Part shown: positions 13,997-27,479 of the stretch, in pieces
How positions within the stretch are numbered: position 1 is the first letter of the stretch
How the letters are laid out: each line of letters begins with the position of its first letter
Assembly: GCA_951406725.2 (NCBI GenBank)
Contig: OX597815.1
Span: 126,914,001-126,978,000, forward strand
Direction of reading: 5' to 3'
DNA: 64,000 nt
DNA from: Octopus vulgaris
Taxonomy: Eukaryota
Position numbers and translations under genes: made by a program
The notes under the pieces: generated by a model
What the model was told of the DNA's origin: nothing
Databases searched by the model: none
Seen by the model: only the letters and a program-made list of their open reading frames with translations

Positions 13997-14793
13997 CTGT
14001 GGTGGCTCGTTGATAAAATTAGTTGGGGTGCTGTTTCAGAAAATTTTTAGCCGTTGTTTTAATATTATGTAAAAGTTAACAAACATAAAAAGAAAATTTA
14101 TACATAAACTTGATCGATCCACATTTTAAACACTGCCGGCTAGTGTGTTTAATTTGTTCACAGAACACCGCCGCGAATTCCCCATTGTTTTTTTTAAAAA
14201 ATCACCCCTAAACACAACATAAGGGTGGAAAATCTGCCCTGTTTTTCAAATCTTGGCAGCAACACTGAAACCGGAAGCAGGATAATAATCTAATTCTACA
14301 CTTTATCATATTCAAGAATATAAACACGTTTTTAAGCACAGCACACGCGGAGTCAAAAAGAAGCACTACCTTTCACCAGCATACCATGATCAGCACTATT
14401 GTATCATGCAAGCACTACAATAACGCGATGCAGTCTGGCTGGTTGTCTGTTCAACTGTCATCTGTCCCAGCCACCGAGCTGACCATCTTTTATCCGTGAC
14501 AGCGCATTTAACAATGTGAAACTATCTACATTTAGTTTCGTATCATTACAACAGGCACTACGTGAAAGATAGTGCTCTCTCTCCGTAGCGTGAAGCTTCC
14601 TATCTCGGACATCTGAGCATTCGCACAACAGCCAGACACCGCGTCGCTAGAGCTTTGAAGCGCACAGTTCTATACAAGGATCTTTTTTTTCATAAACTAG
14701 GGGACAGCTACTGATATTAAGCTTAAAGATAATATAATGTACAAGTATAAAGAAAGAATTAAAGGAAAAAGACTCATTATATTGAATGTTATT
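13997..14793. mobile_element. Second, 3'-truncated copy of the 9153-9852 hAT element, with ~180 bp of extra internal sequence
   Basis: Colinear with 9153-9785; 14380-14555 is absent from the first copy. Confidence 0.85.
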
Positions 14794-14799
14794 CCATTT

Positions 14800-15900
14800 C
14801 TTTACATAACTGCCATTCGTTACGCGCGCAACATATCTGTACTAGCGCAGTATTTTCTCTTCTATAACATCTGATTTCTCTTATGCCCAGTTTTCCTCTC
14901 AACTCATTTGTACTCTCTCGTTCATATCCACTAATATTAGACATTTAGCGAATTATGTTTACCTCATTTGTTTCCATATACTTCGTAATCCCCTTTTTTG
15001 AACGTCCATGTCTCTTTACTATGCAACATTGCATTTAGCATACAAACTTCATACAATCTGCCCTTCTTTAGAAGATAGAATGATTTTGTTGCCAGCGAAG
15101 ATCTTTAAACTTTTAATATGTCGCTACCATACTTTTGGAACAAAACCTTCTCTGCAAAAAGGAACCTTTTGAACATTTGTAAGGATTTTTAAGCCGTTGT
15201 CATTTTTTGCTGCAACTCATGAGCATCTATTACAGATGCGCATGAACAAACCCCTCTTAGCCTGCCTGTGACCCTGCTATTTCTTTTGCGTAACCATAAT
15301 TTACATACTTTTCTACTCCTTTCTTTCAGATAACGGTAGAGTTCTTTCCTCACGCTTATTAAAACTTTCCTCTTTGCAAGACTTTGATGATTCTTCATTC
15401 TAAGCTTTCCTTCCACATTTCGAACTTCTTTCCTAAATCTTCAAGAGATTCAGGAAATTCATTCATCGGAATCAATATAACTAAGTACTGCCAGTCTTAT
15501 ATTCCTCTGTTTTGACCTGCGGAACTATAACAAATACGGAGTTTAAAACCACACCCTGGTGGACACCTATCTGCACATTATATTCCTCGCCGAACTTATT
15601 GATAACTTTCACTTTGCTGACATTATATCTCTATATATAGTTTGTACACCTTCAGAAGAAATTCCTCTAAACCTAGTTTTCTATGACCACCAGACTATAA
15701 GCACGGCAATATATTATCAAAGGCTTCCTGCAGATCGACGATTGCTAATTATAACGGCTAGTTCTTCGTTAAGAACTGTCGTACTTATCTCACTAGAGAG
15801 TTAGCATAGGTTGTATCTCGACTTGACCCAAATTCAAATTGCATTTCATCTAAGCAAATTGTCTTCTAAATAGCTATATAACTTTATAGTTATTTCTGTT
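14800..15900 (-). mobile_element. Degraded RTE LINE fragment
   Basis: Minus frame VKVINKFGEEYNVQIGVHQG..., homologous to the RT region of 19981-22519. Confidence 0.65.
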
Positions 15901-16232
15901 ACTTCTATAACCTAATTCATAAGTGTTTCTTTGTTGAACATTTCCTTTGCGCTTGTGGTAATTGATGATGATACTGCTACCTAATCACTGATTATGAAAC
16001 ATCCTTGTGCTACCTGACAGATTGTGTGAGGTATGTCTTGTTATGAGTCTTAATTGTCCAATTTCTCACAACATTTTAAGCTTCTGAATGACTATCCTTG
16101 GTGGTCCAGCTGTTTTCCTTAACCTTCATATCTTTAATCGCATTTTCAACTAGACGACTTACAATTTCAATAGCTGGTCATTCTCTGTTGGATCTACTCG
16201 GAGAAGTCTTTCTCCCTCCCTCTCCCTCTCTT

Positions 16233-16283
<51 letters not shown>

Positions 16284-17363
16284 CTCATTCTCTTCCATTC
16301 ATCCCTCTCGTTTTTACATCTCAAAGCATCTTCTGATCGCTCTTGAGGACAAGTGCACCGCTATTAATTCGTACACATCTTTCATTGTTCTGAAATACAG
16401 AATATTTCATTCTTGTACCTAACGACTGGCTTCTTTCAAGTTATTTGATATTGCTTTTTGCTCCTGCTTTCTTTTATTCTTTCCAGGCCTCTCTCTTAGT
16501 TCTAGGCCTTATCTACTGTATTATTCCATACTGAATCACCTCCCATCATGCTAGAACCGTGCTGCAACTATTGATATTGCATGCAGCTTACAGCTTATTA
16601 TCGTGCAGATGTTTATTAGAGTTGTTGTTTGCCTAGACAGGTTGCATTCAGTGTGACTTGTGAAATCCTCGTTTCTCATGAGCTGAATTTTGTTCATTGT
16701 TACTGGTCACTTATACGAATTGCCTTTTCGATGGCTTGTGAAGTCTGCCTCTCACCAATGGTCTTAATTATTTAACTAACAGCTTGGTGGGAGTCACCTG
16801 GATCTGTTGTAGTTTGTACAGCAATCAGAAGTAGATGACTGGAATAATATTACCCACGTATTGCAAAACAAGAGGACATTTCCATCACACAGAGTTATAA
16901 GGATTAGCCAGGAAACTGTGTGAAGGGGCTTCATCATTGTCAGGATAATTTGAGCAATGGTGTGCTGTATTTGTTAAGATATGGGATTGAGAATCACAAC
17001 ATTAGTGTTTGCTCATCATCCTAATATATGGAGCTTGTACACGAATTTTAACATTTCAAGGAGACATTTAACAAAAATATGGCAATAGTAATAGGAACAA
17101 TAATTGTAAGATAAATAATTTCACTTGGCTGAAACCTAACAAACACCCTGCTATGCATTTCCCTGTCGTATACGTGCTGTGTCCTATCCTACAACAACGT
17201 TTTCTTTACGCGCTGTAAAAGCACAAGTAAATCTACCTACAACTTAGTCGCGCGCTTGTGTTCCGCTTATTTTTTGTGCGTTTTAACTACATAAACGTCA
17301 CCAACTGCCTACCCTGAGTAATTACTGATGGCACGTACCTGGCCTATATATACATAGTATATA

Positions 17364-17595
17364 TATTGAGTTGGCAAGAAAGTAATTTCGTTTTTCGCAA
17401 ATAGATAGAATTACGATATTTTTGTATGACTTTTGTCAATGTTATGATTTTTTCCTTTTGACAGTACTTTCAGCGTATTTTAGAAGCAAAGTGTGCCTAA
17501 TTTTGTTTTTAGCCGTTAGTTCAGTGTCAATTTTAACATGGAATGCAAAAACGAACATTTTCGCCATATTTTGCTTTTTTATTTCCGTAAAGCCT
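17364..17595 (+). mobile_element. Mariner 5' fragment
   Basis: TIR-like TATTGAGTTGGCAAGAAAGTAATTTCGTTTTT, and MECKNEHFRHILLFYFRK from ~17538. Confidence 0.75.
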
Positions 17596-17787
17596 CTTTT
17601 ATATATATTGATAGAGAAACCGGTCTTGCTCGGGATTAAAATAGTTTATCATTATTTTATTTGTTTTACGCAGGCCACACTTTAGAGATGAGGAATTTTG
17701 CCCTAGAGACCACACCTTTCAATTGAACAAACTCAAAGTTGCCATGCAAACTCGCCAGCACTTTTAAGATAGGTGTGCATATTTTCA

Positions 17788-17995
17788 GCTCATCATCGTT
17801 TGACGTCCGTTGTCCATGCTGACGTGGATTAGACGGTTTGACCAAGGCTGGTAAGCTGGAAGGCTGCACCAGACTCCAGTCTGATTTGACCTGGTTTTCT
17901 ACAGTTGGATGCTCTTCTTAACGTCAACCACTTTGAGAGTGTAATGGGTGCTTTTATGTGTCACCGGCACGGGTGCCATTTCCGTGACACCAGTA
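17788..17995 (-). mobile_element. RTE LINE 3'UTR-derived repeat. Other copies at about 24200-24372(+), 28000-28260(+), 44165-44430(-), 46440-46910(-), 50475-50680(-), 51443-51595(-), 57420-57907(+), 63861-64000(-)
   Basis: All match the 3'UTR of the LINE at 22290-22519 (GAGTGGTTGGC.TTAGGAAGGGCATCCAGCTGTAGAAA...CATGGAAAACGGACGTTAAACGATGATGAT) and carry a (GAT)n tail. Confidence 0.85.
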
Positions 17996-18434
17996 TCTGC
18001 TACCCCTGCAATTTTGCTTGGCTTGATGGATCTTCTTCTCAAGCACGACATAATGCCAAAGGTCTCAGCCACTTTGCCTCTGTGAACCCAACTATCAAAA
18101 GATAATCTTTACGTGCCAGTTACGTGACACCAGCATCAGCCATGACTACGATTCCACTTGGCCTTACAGGTTTTTTCAAACATAGCACATCATCAAAAGT
18201 CTCGGTCAATAATTATAGGCTCAAAGTTCGAAAATAATGCTTCACCACTTCATCCCATGTCTTCTTGGATCTATATAATACGTCTTAAATATTATTTATT
18301 TAAGACATATCATATATATGTGCGTGTGTGTGTGTAATATGTATGTGTGCATGTAAATATATTTATATATATATATATATATATATAATGTATGTATGTG
18401 TGTATGTATATATATATATATTGCGGTGAAGGCC

Positions 18435-18507
18435 GGTTTATGGGTTACCTTGGGTTTTCCAACCATAAAGGGCCTAACTTTACGGCGTATTGTCAGACCC
18501 CAAGACC
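18435..18507 (-). ncRNA. Type I hammerhead ribozyme in the inverted pLTR (core decayed to CUGACAA)
   Basis: Minus strand: GGTCTTGGGGT-CTGACAA-TAC-GCCGTAAAG-TTAGGCC-CTTTATGGT-TG-GAAA-ACCCAAG-GTA-ACCCATAAACC. Confidence 0.65.
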
Positions 18508-19980
18508 TGTTGGCCTAAGACCTCTTTAAGATATGGAGGGGAGAAGTCTCGATAGAAAGGCAGATGTAAACAAGGGGATTATCTCCCTCTCCAGTTAGCT
18601 TTCAACTTCCAGATGTGCCACCATCTTGTGGTTCACAAAATGCCAGCAGAAATCTCCAAAAATGCAAACATGGTCTGAAGATCTCCATTCTGGAGTTAAG
18701 TAAAGTCCCTGGTTCATGCAGGATCCACAACAGTTGACCGGTAGTAAACACCTGTGAAACCAAAGTATGAGTAAAACCTGCAAATTCTACCGGCAGAAAC
18801 AGTACGATGACAGAACCAACAACAGGGCCAACAACACCACAATCACCACTGCAGTGGACAGCTTTAGCGACATCAACAACAACAGCGCTAACAACACCCC
18901 TGACGGCACCATCACTAACATTGACTACAGGTACGTCGCCTTCAACACCAGCCTGACCAACAGTTTCCCTGGTGTCCACTGTAGCAGACCTGCCAATGCG
19001 CACACTGGCAGGACCAATTGTAGCAGCAGTAACAGACCCAGTGCTGACACCAACTATATCAGCAACAACACTAGCAGCAGCAGTAGTGGCCCTAGCAGAA
19101 GCACCAGCATAATCTTGACTAATGTCATTTCTGGCAGCAGTAGTGGCCCCTACCTCCCCTCCACCATTGGTGAAGACCACAATAATAATAGTAACAGCTT
19201 TAGCCACGGTGTTAGCAACTAGAGTGCTTCCTCCATAATTGGTAACAGTGATAGCATTACCAATGCCACCACTACCCCCACCTCCACCAACACCAACAGC
19301 TCCAGCAACAGCATCATAGACGATGACAACAGCAACAACATTGACAACATCAATAGGTACATTACTGGCAACACACTTAGAGGTGGTAGCATTACCAACG
19401 CAACTACCACCTTCAGTGGCACCAACACCAGCTCCAACATCCTCAGCATCAACGATATCAACAGCAGCAACAACAACATTGTCAACAGCAACAACAGCAA
19501 TGACATTGGCAGCTACAACTACAACAGCAGCAGCAGTAGCGACAACAACAATAATAGGTACAGCAACAACATCCCACATCCACAAAAATACATTGGTTGT
19601 ACTGGAAATTTGTTCAAGAAACGATTTTCCGACCATAGATCCTCTTTCAGAGTCCTGGAGAGGAGATATGTAACATCACTGGCCAGCCACGTTTGGCAAC
19701 TAAAAGACGACGGTGTTCCACACTCGATCTCATCAAAAATCCTCAAAAACCCAGGCCCCTACATCATTACATCACCAGCACGAAATGCTGCAAACTATGT
19801 TTAGCTGAACACATGAGAATCCTAAAAGACTCACTCAAACCAGGTACTATAATTAACTCCAGAACAGAGATTTTCGGTCCATGTTTGCAGTTTTGGAGAT
19901 TTCTGCTGGCATTTCGGGAACTACAAGATGATAGCAAAGCCAGAAGTTGATAACTAACGGGAGAATCCTTTATCGTTTAC

Positions 19981-22519
19981 CCTTATAACTGAATGATGGC
20001 AGTATGGTCGGAAGTTGATAGCCATTAGCAAAGGCTGATAATCCTTAGGCCGGAAGGATGCCAAAAAGCAGACCAATCCAGAAAAGAAGGATTTAGAAGC
20101 TAAAGACCCCTTCACATGGTCAGAGATTTAGGGACATCCTCACTGAGAAATTTGATGAGAGGGAGGAGGAGCTACAGACTTCGGACATGGAGGGTAACTG
20201 GAAATTCCTACAGTACAGCTTACTGAGCACCACAGATCAAATCTGCAGCTTGTGCAAAGTCCATTCCAGACCTAGAGTAACGTGGTAGTGGAATAATATG
20301 GTAGACAAGGCCATTAGAGCAATGAAACAGGCCTGGAAATCCTGGAAGAGTGGAGGTAGCAGGGAACTGTACCAGACAGCCAGAAGAGAGGCTGGGCGAT
20401 AAGTATACATAGCCAAGGGAGAAGCAGGTAAGAAGTTTCCCTATGTTCAGTGACATGAGAACCAAAGGACTGAAGTATTTCGGATTGCAAGACAGTGTGT
20501 GAGAAAATTGTGATGTTACAGGAGAGAAATGTGTCTGCATGGATGATGGTGCACTTGCTTTTAATGATTGGAGGTTTGGAGATGCCATTATGAAAGGCTG
20601 CTGAATGTGGAGAATGAATGGGAGGAGGAGAGCCTGCCAAATGTTAACCCAGTAGAGGGACCAGCTACTCAAATATATAGCACTCTGGTAGATAAAGCAA
20701 TTAAGGATATGAAGTTAGAAAAAGCCCCCAGCCCATCAGGAATTACTGCTGAGATGCTTAAAATATCTGGTGGTGTGGGTCATAGCCTAGTCACCCATAT
20801 TGTAAACCAGGTAGTTCACAAAGGTGTCATACCCAATGACTGGTGTAGCAGCACCATTGTCAACTGCTACAAAGGTAAAGGTGATGCTTTAGATTGAAAT
20901 AACTACAGGAGTATCAAACTGCAGAATTAGATGATGAAGGTCACAGAGAGAGTCATAGCCCAACTAATGAGGGAGAGAGTCTGCTTAGATGAGATGCAGT
21001 TCAGTTTTGTGCCAGGTAGAAGCACCACTGGTTCTATATTCCTGGCATGGAAACTGCAGGAGAAATACCTAGCCAAAGATAAACCCCTATACTTGGCTTT
21101 TGTTGACTTGGAAAAAGCCTTTGACAGGGTTCCCCAATCCCTTATCTGGTGGGCGATGCAGAAACTGGGGATTTATAAGTGGTTAATAAGAGCTGTACAG
21201 GCCTTGTACAGGTATGCCATTAGTAAGCTAAGAGTTGACAATGAGTATAGCGAAGAATTCCGGGTAGAAGTTGAGGCCCACCAAGGATCAGCCCTCAGCT
21301 CCCTCTTATTCATCATAGTCCTCCAAGCAATAACAGAGGAATTCAAGACAGGCTGCCCCTGGGAGCTTCTCTAAGCTGTTGACCTTGCACTCGTAGCAAA
21401 ATGACGACCAGAACTAGAGAAGAAATTTCAGAGTCAATGTTGCGTAAACCAAAGTCCTAGTGTGTAGGAAGGAAAACACATCACAAAGCCCTTCAGGTAG
21501 ATAATCCTGCTCGAACTGGAGAAAAGGTGTAAGTAAAAATTCCATAAGATATACCCAGTGTAAGCTATGGATGCATAAGAGGTGCAGCAACATCAAAGGA
21601 AGATTAACCTGGAAGATAGCTTTTGTGTGTGGCAGATACACAGGATCATCAATAAACACCACAAGATGCTCAGAAAACTGATTCCATCACATGCCAAACA
21701 GAGAAACTAAATGTAGTTGATAGCTTCTGCTACCTGGGTGACCAAGTCTGTAATGTGGGTGGATGCTCAGAGAGCATTGCCACTAGAATAAGAATAGCCT
21801 GGGCAAAGTTCAGAAAGTTCCTACCTCTACTAGTGACAAAGGGCCTCTTGCTCAGAGTGAAAGGTAGATTCTATGATGCATGTGTGCAAACTGCCATGCT
21901 ACATGGCAGCGAAACATAGGCTGTGACTGCTGAAGACATCCGTAGACTCAAAAGAAATTAAGCTAGTGTGATCTGCTGAATGCATAATGTCAGTGTGCAC
22001 ACAAAACAGAGTGAAAGCACCCTGAAAGAAATGTTGGACATAAGAAGCATTAGATGTGGTATGCAGGAGAGATGACTGTGCTGGTATGTTCATGTGCTAC
22101 GTATGAGTGAGGAGAGCTGTGTGAAGGAATGTCACTCCGTAACAGTGGAAGGAACCCATGGTAGAGGGAGACCCAGGAAGACATGGGACGAGGTGGTGAA
22201 GCATGACCTTCGAATATTGAGTCTCACAGAGGCAATGACAAAAGACTGAGACCTCTGAAGATATTCTGTGATTGAGAAGAGACTATCTGAATGTGGCCAA
22301 TGCCAGTGCTACCTGACTGTCTTCTGTGTCAGTGGCACAAAAAAACACCCACTACACTCTCGGAGTGGTTGGCATTAGGAAGGGCATCTAGCTGTAGAAA
22401 CACTGCCAGATCAGATTGGAACCTGGAGTGGCCTTCTGGCTTGCCAGTCCCCAGTCAAACCATCTAACCCGTGCCAAAATGGAAAACAAACGTTAAACAA
22501 TGATGATGATAGTGATGAT
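19981..22519 (+). mobile_element. 5'-truncated RTE-clade LINE with decayed RT, 3'UTR and (GAT)n tail
   Basis: RT motifs KAPSPSGITAEMLK, YKGKGDALD, QFSFVPGRSTT, AFVDLEKAFDRVP, HQGSALS, CPWELL. TSD GTTTAC at 19975-19980 and 22520-22525, confirmed by the uninterrupted pLTR copy. Confidence 0.93.
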
Positions 22520-22583
22520 GTTTACATCTGCCTTTCTATCAAGACTTCTCCCCTCCATATTTTAAATAGGTCTTAGGTTAACA

Positions 22584-22656
22584 GGTCATAGAGCTGACGA
22601 TACACCATAAAGTTAAGCCCTTTATGGACTGGAAACTCAGGGTAACCCCATAAACC
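22584..22656 (+). ncRNA. Type I hammerhead ribozyme in the Penelope pLTR (core intact, stem I 5' strand decayed)
   Basis: CTGACGA 22594-22600, stem II CCATAAAG/CTTTATGG, GAAA 22632-22635, CTCAGG, GTA 22642-22644, ACCCCA. Confidence 0.7.
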
Positions 22657-23619
22657 AGCCTTCACCAGGAAAAAATATAGACTGTTCTATATTTTAGATT
22701 GTGCTTCTCCAGATTTATGCTTTTTTAAAAAACAATATATATAGATAGATAGATAGATATGCAAACATATATATATATATATATACATACATGTACATAC
22801 CCCCCCCACTCATATACATATACATATTGCAAGTGAGAGAAAGAGGTGGGGTTGAGAGGGCAGGAAAGGGACACTAATGAGTCCCTGGAGATAATAAGAC
22901 ACTGTAACCATGAAAATAAAAAAAAATGATAGAGGAAGATAACATCAGAGAACGCTTACTACTACAAACTGATTAAATTACTAGAAGCAGATAATTTATG
23001 CCATATAGACTGGCTTGTTATGAAAAACATATATATTACATGAATGTATATCGTATAACATACACCGTTTCAAGTATACAATAACAGATATAATAAACAT
23101 CAGCCTAGTACACTCTTCAAATTTACTTAATGTGTAACTATTTACATAGATGTGTATATCGACAGTCTCTGTAGTATAGATATACAAAAATGCTTTTGAG
23201 CAAACATAGTAAAAGATGAACTTAATGTTTCATTTGAAAGTGTTAGCACTTGGAGAGCATAAATATCAATGTGTCTATATGATGTGCAAGCAAGGAATGC
23301 ATTTACCATTATTGAAAATATTACTAGGATTATCAAATTACTTGATATAGATTTAGAAATTATATTTCTTTGTTTTCTTTTTTTAATTGTTTTTTTTTCT
23401 TTTGTTATTTTTAAAACTTTATCATTGATCTCCTGTGATACATATGAGCATGCATGTATGTATGTATATATGTGTGAAGTTTTACTTGCTAACAGCAGTC
23501 AATAAGAATATATGCATATTTTGGCATTTATACATGAATTAAACAAGGTAGTATTTTTACAGTTAGATCATTATCGACATCGTCATCATCTCAAAATCAT
23601 TATCCTCATCATCATCGTC

Positions 23620-23651
<32 letters not shown>

Positions 23652-24649
23652 TTATACCATCCATATCCTTGTGTTCACTCTCCTTGAATTGTAGCTCAGT
23701 CAATCAAAGTTTAATGTTGAAAATCAAATTGAAACGCCCATACTAAATTCTGGGGCTTGTTTCATAGACAAGTATATTTGAATTAGATTAACTGCCCTAT
23801 GGAATATATGTGGGACATCATGTGGGGTGTCGAGGCAATCCATACAAATATTGACAATTTCTTGAACTTGACTAAGATAATCATGTAACATGGCCCAAGA
23901 ACTGGAGCACAAATGTACCAGTTTACACTTTGTTTTCTATGGTAGACATTTTCCCCTCTTATTGGTTATGAGTTGGTTTGCTTGTGAGTAGATACCAAAT
24001 AGTATTTAAGGTTGGTGACCTTAGGTTGCATTCTCAGCCTCAATACTATCCTGCCACACACACACATACACACGCACACATTTGAGGCATTATTGTTATG
24101 CAAGGTACTTGGTGTCCCTGTCAGTCCTGGTGCCACGTAAAAAGCACTAGTGCTGGTATGAAGTAAAAAGCTCTGATGACAGTGTGACATAAAATGCACT
24201 GAAGATGGTGCCACGTAAAAAGCACCCAGTACACTCTGTAAACTGGGTGGCATTAGGAAGGGCCTCCATCCAAACCAGACTATGGAACTTGGTCCAGCTC
24301 CTAGCCTTGCAATTCATGTCAAACCGTCCAACCCATGCCAGCATGGGAAACGGACGTTAAATGATGATGATGAATTTACAGATCACCACTCTGTTAGCCT
24401 GCCTAGGTGTAATGCTAGCCTTGTTATTCATCTTGGTTCTGACTACAAACCCACAGCATCCTAACAGCACAGGGAACACAATAAAATGATTAAAAAATTC
24501 ACTAGACTTTAAAAAAACAAATGCTAGGATCAATTTGTTCAACTAAATCCTTCAGGGTGGTGTCCCAGCCTGACCACAGTTCAATGACTAAAAGAAATAA
24601 AACATAAGAGATAAACATAGCTTACAAACAGTTTATTAACATCTAATTT

Positions 24650-25100
24650 TTCACACACACACACATGCACACATACACACACATGCATGTACACACATAC
24701 ATATACACACATGAATATACACACATGCATGCATCCAAATGCACACATACACACATATGCATGCACACACATGCTTGTAAACACATGCATACACACATGC
24801 ATGCACTCACATGCTTGTACGCACATGCATGTGCGCATAAACACACATGCACTTACATGCATGCATCCACATGCATGTACACATGTGCAAGCATCCAAAT
24901 GCACACATATGCACATGCATGTACACACATGATTATATGCACACATGCATGTACACACGTGCATGCACCCAAATGCATCCACATCCATGTACACATGTGC
25001 AAGCACCCAAATGCAGACATACACACACATGATTATATACACACATGCATGTACATATTTGCATGTAACCACACATGCCCTCACACACACACACACATCT
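24650..25100. repeat. Degenerate (CA/CATG/TGCA) purine-pyrimidine-alternating low-complexity tract
   Basis: Read directly; source of the M/C/V/H ORFs. Confidence 0.9.
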
Positions 25101-25847
25101 GAATTCTGTATCTACAAGATTGGGACTTCTGTATTTTGCATATCACCATATTTCCACTTTGAGTTTAAAGTACTATAAACTGTTTAACATTATTTGATTC
25201 TTGTCTGTAATTTTATTCAGTCAGGAACCTCTTCTATCAAATATTACAAGTTACTGGAACCTGTATTTTCTCTTCCATTTCAAATACAATTATTACCATG
25301 AATAAAACATGCATTCCAAATATGCAGGTTTTAGAGTTTAAATATTTACATTTCTTCAATGGAAACAGTAATATCCAAGTTGAAGCTTCACTTAGTAGCT
25401 TTCTTACATAACCATCTTCATCATCATCATCATTTAACATCCACTTTCCATGGTGCCATTATTTCCTTGACCATCAAAATTTTTACAAGTGAAATAGGTT
25501 GATCTTAGAAACGAAGAAATTCCTGGTTATAAGAAATTCCTAGCAACATGAATCTCCAAACAATAGAGTTTCCTTGCAATAAGAGGTTCCTGACCCAAAT
25601 GATTATTTCTAGCAAGAAGAGATTCTTAGCAGTAAGTGGTTTGTGACAATAAAGAGATAAAGAGATTCCCAACTATAAGATGTTTCTAGTGTGAAGATAT
25701 TCCAATCAATAAAAGACATGGCAGACAGAATTTCTAAAGACAACAAGACATGAATATGAATATAATATTTTAGAGTTTACTAAATTATCTTTGATTTTAT
25801 ATAGAAATTCGGGGTGAGTACTTGTTTGATTTTATATATGTATATTT

Positions 25848-25898
<51 letters not shown>

Positions 25899-26385
25899 TA
25901 TGGATTTGTGTTGCAAGATTCCTGATGTGAATTTGTGTGTTGAAACAGATATTGTTGTATTTTGGGATGGTTATTTTTTATTCTTTTTATTATTTTTTTT
26001 GCCAAATAAACACATGCACTATATACTCATTCTTCCTCTGTTTATTACTGTTCTAATTCTTACTCATGTCCATTGTCCAGAAATCTTTCATCACACATCT
26101 GTGACTTCTTAAGTGGAACTTTCTGTCTCCATGTTGGCTCTTGCTCCACTTATTTCATTCTCTTTCAGAATGAAATAAGTTGTATTGAAATATATGTAGA
26201 ATTTATTAAATAACTGCCTGAACATATTCATTCTTGACTCTATTCAATTTTATTTTCACTACATGATGAATACCTAAACCTAGACTTGGAAGTATAATGT
26301 AATACTACTGGCTATCTGGTAATTCTAAGGGTGAAAGAGCTCTACTATGTACTCTAGTACGTTCCTAATGGAATACACCTTAAAA

Positions 26386-26417
<32 letters not shown>

Positions 26418-26582
26418 GTAGTGTGTGTGTGTATGTGGTAGTATGTGTGTGTGGTAGTGTGTGTGTGTGGTAGTGTGTGTGTATACATACATACATACAT
26501 ACATACATACATACATACATACATACATACATACATACATACATACATACATACATACATGCATACATGCATGCTATATATA

Positions 26583-27186
26583 TATTATCATAAGGGCACA
26601 CGAATGTGCCTGCCTGCAAGACAAAAAAGTTAAAACCCAAATCAAACCACCAATAATAACACTGACAATAACAACAGAAAACAACAGTATTCAGGCAAAT
26701 GGATTGAAAGATTTCCTTCATCAGCATGTGACAACCATTTGAAAAAATCTTCCCAACCTGCTACATTGAAATTCTGCTGGCCCTCTGAATTGTTTTGCAC
26801 CAAATCAGAGCAGCCTCAGTGGGAAAAGTATCAACACAGAGCAAATATTCAGGAGGGAATATTTATATAGATATTATTATTGTTATTATTATCGATGGCC
26901 ATATAAATAATTGATAATAACAACAATAATAATATAAGTGGTTGCAGGCCTAAATTAGCAACATATAGCCATATAATTAAAATTCATATCATAAGGGCAC
27001 ACAAATGCAGGCAGGCATATTCATGTACTCTTATGATATGAATTTTAATTATATGGTTATATAATGCTAATTTAGGCCTGCAACCACTTATATTATTATT
27101 GCTATTATTATCAATTATATATATTGCCCTCAATAATAAAAACAATAATAATATCTATATAAATATTCATTTCTGAATATTGGTAC
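26583..27186. mobile_element. Fold-back, probably Penelope-derived, element between microsatellites
   Basis: Imperfect palindrome 26844-27181 centred near 27010; 26586-26618 is an additional inverted copy of 27006-27037. Confidence 0.65.
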
Positions 27187-27216
<30 letters not shown>

Positions 27217-27217
<1 letters not shown>

Positions 27218-27398
27218 GGTACCCGCGTGAGCGGAAAAGACCACCCGGAAGACCTTCACGACGGTGGAGTGACGATTTCAAGAGGACGATTGGGATCACA
27301 TGGATGAGAAAGGCGCGATCCAGAGAGGAGTGGACAGCGTGCTGTGACTAGCGGTGTCAAATGGACGCCTGACAGACTGGTCGGTCAAAGTGAAGTGA
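27217..27398 (+). mobile_element. RTE-1-like LINE extreme 3' end
   Basis: WYPRERKRPPGRPSRRWSDDFKRTIGITWMRKARSREEW. Confidence 0.75.
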
Positions 27399-27417
27399 TA
27401 TATATATATATATATAA

Positions 27418-27468
<51 letters not shown>

Positions 27469-27479
27469 CACACACATAT

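Larger units (their letters stand above)
18421..22736 (+). mobile_element. 5'-truncated Penelope-like element: inverted pLTR + GIY-YIG endonuclease remnant + pLTR split by an RTE insertion
   Basis: KYIGCTGNLFKKRFSDHRSSF...SLASHVWQLKD...CKLCLAEH...INSRTEIFGPC (19586-19950, one frameshift). 18425-18720 is the reverse complement of 19838-19980 joined to 22526-22666. Flanked by (TA)n. Confidence 0.9.

Noticed and set aside
18602-19636. 344-aa Val/Ala/Gly-rich minus-strand ORF
   Set aside because: It is the antisense of the low-complexity Penelope tract, running into the inverted pLTR copy of the endonuclease C-terminus; not a host gene.
23050-23130. Minus-strand TTGAA-GAGTGTAC...GTATACTT-GAAA-CGGT-GTA, hammerhead-like
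   Set aside because: The CUGANGA core and stem I cannot be drawn; at best a heavily decayed remnant.
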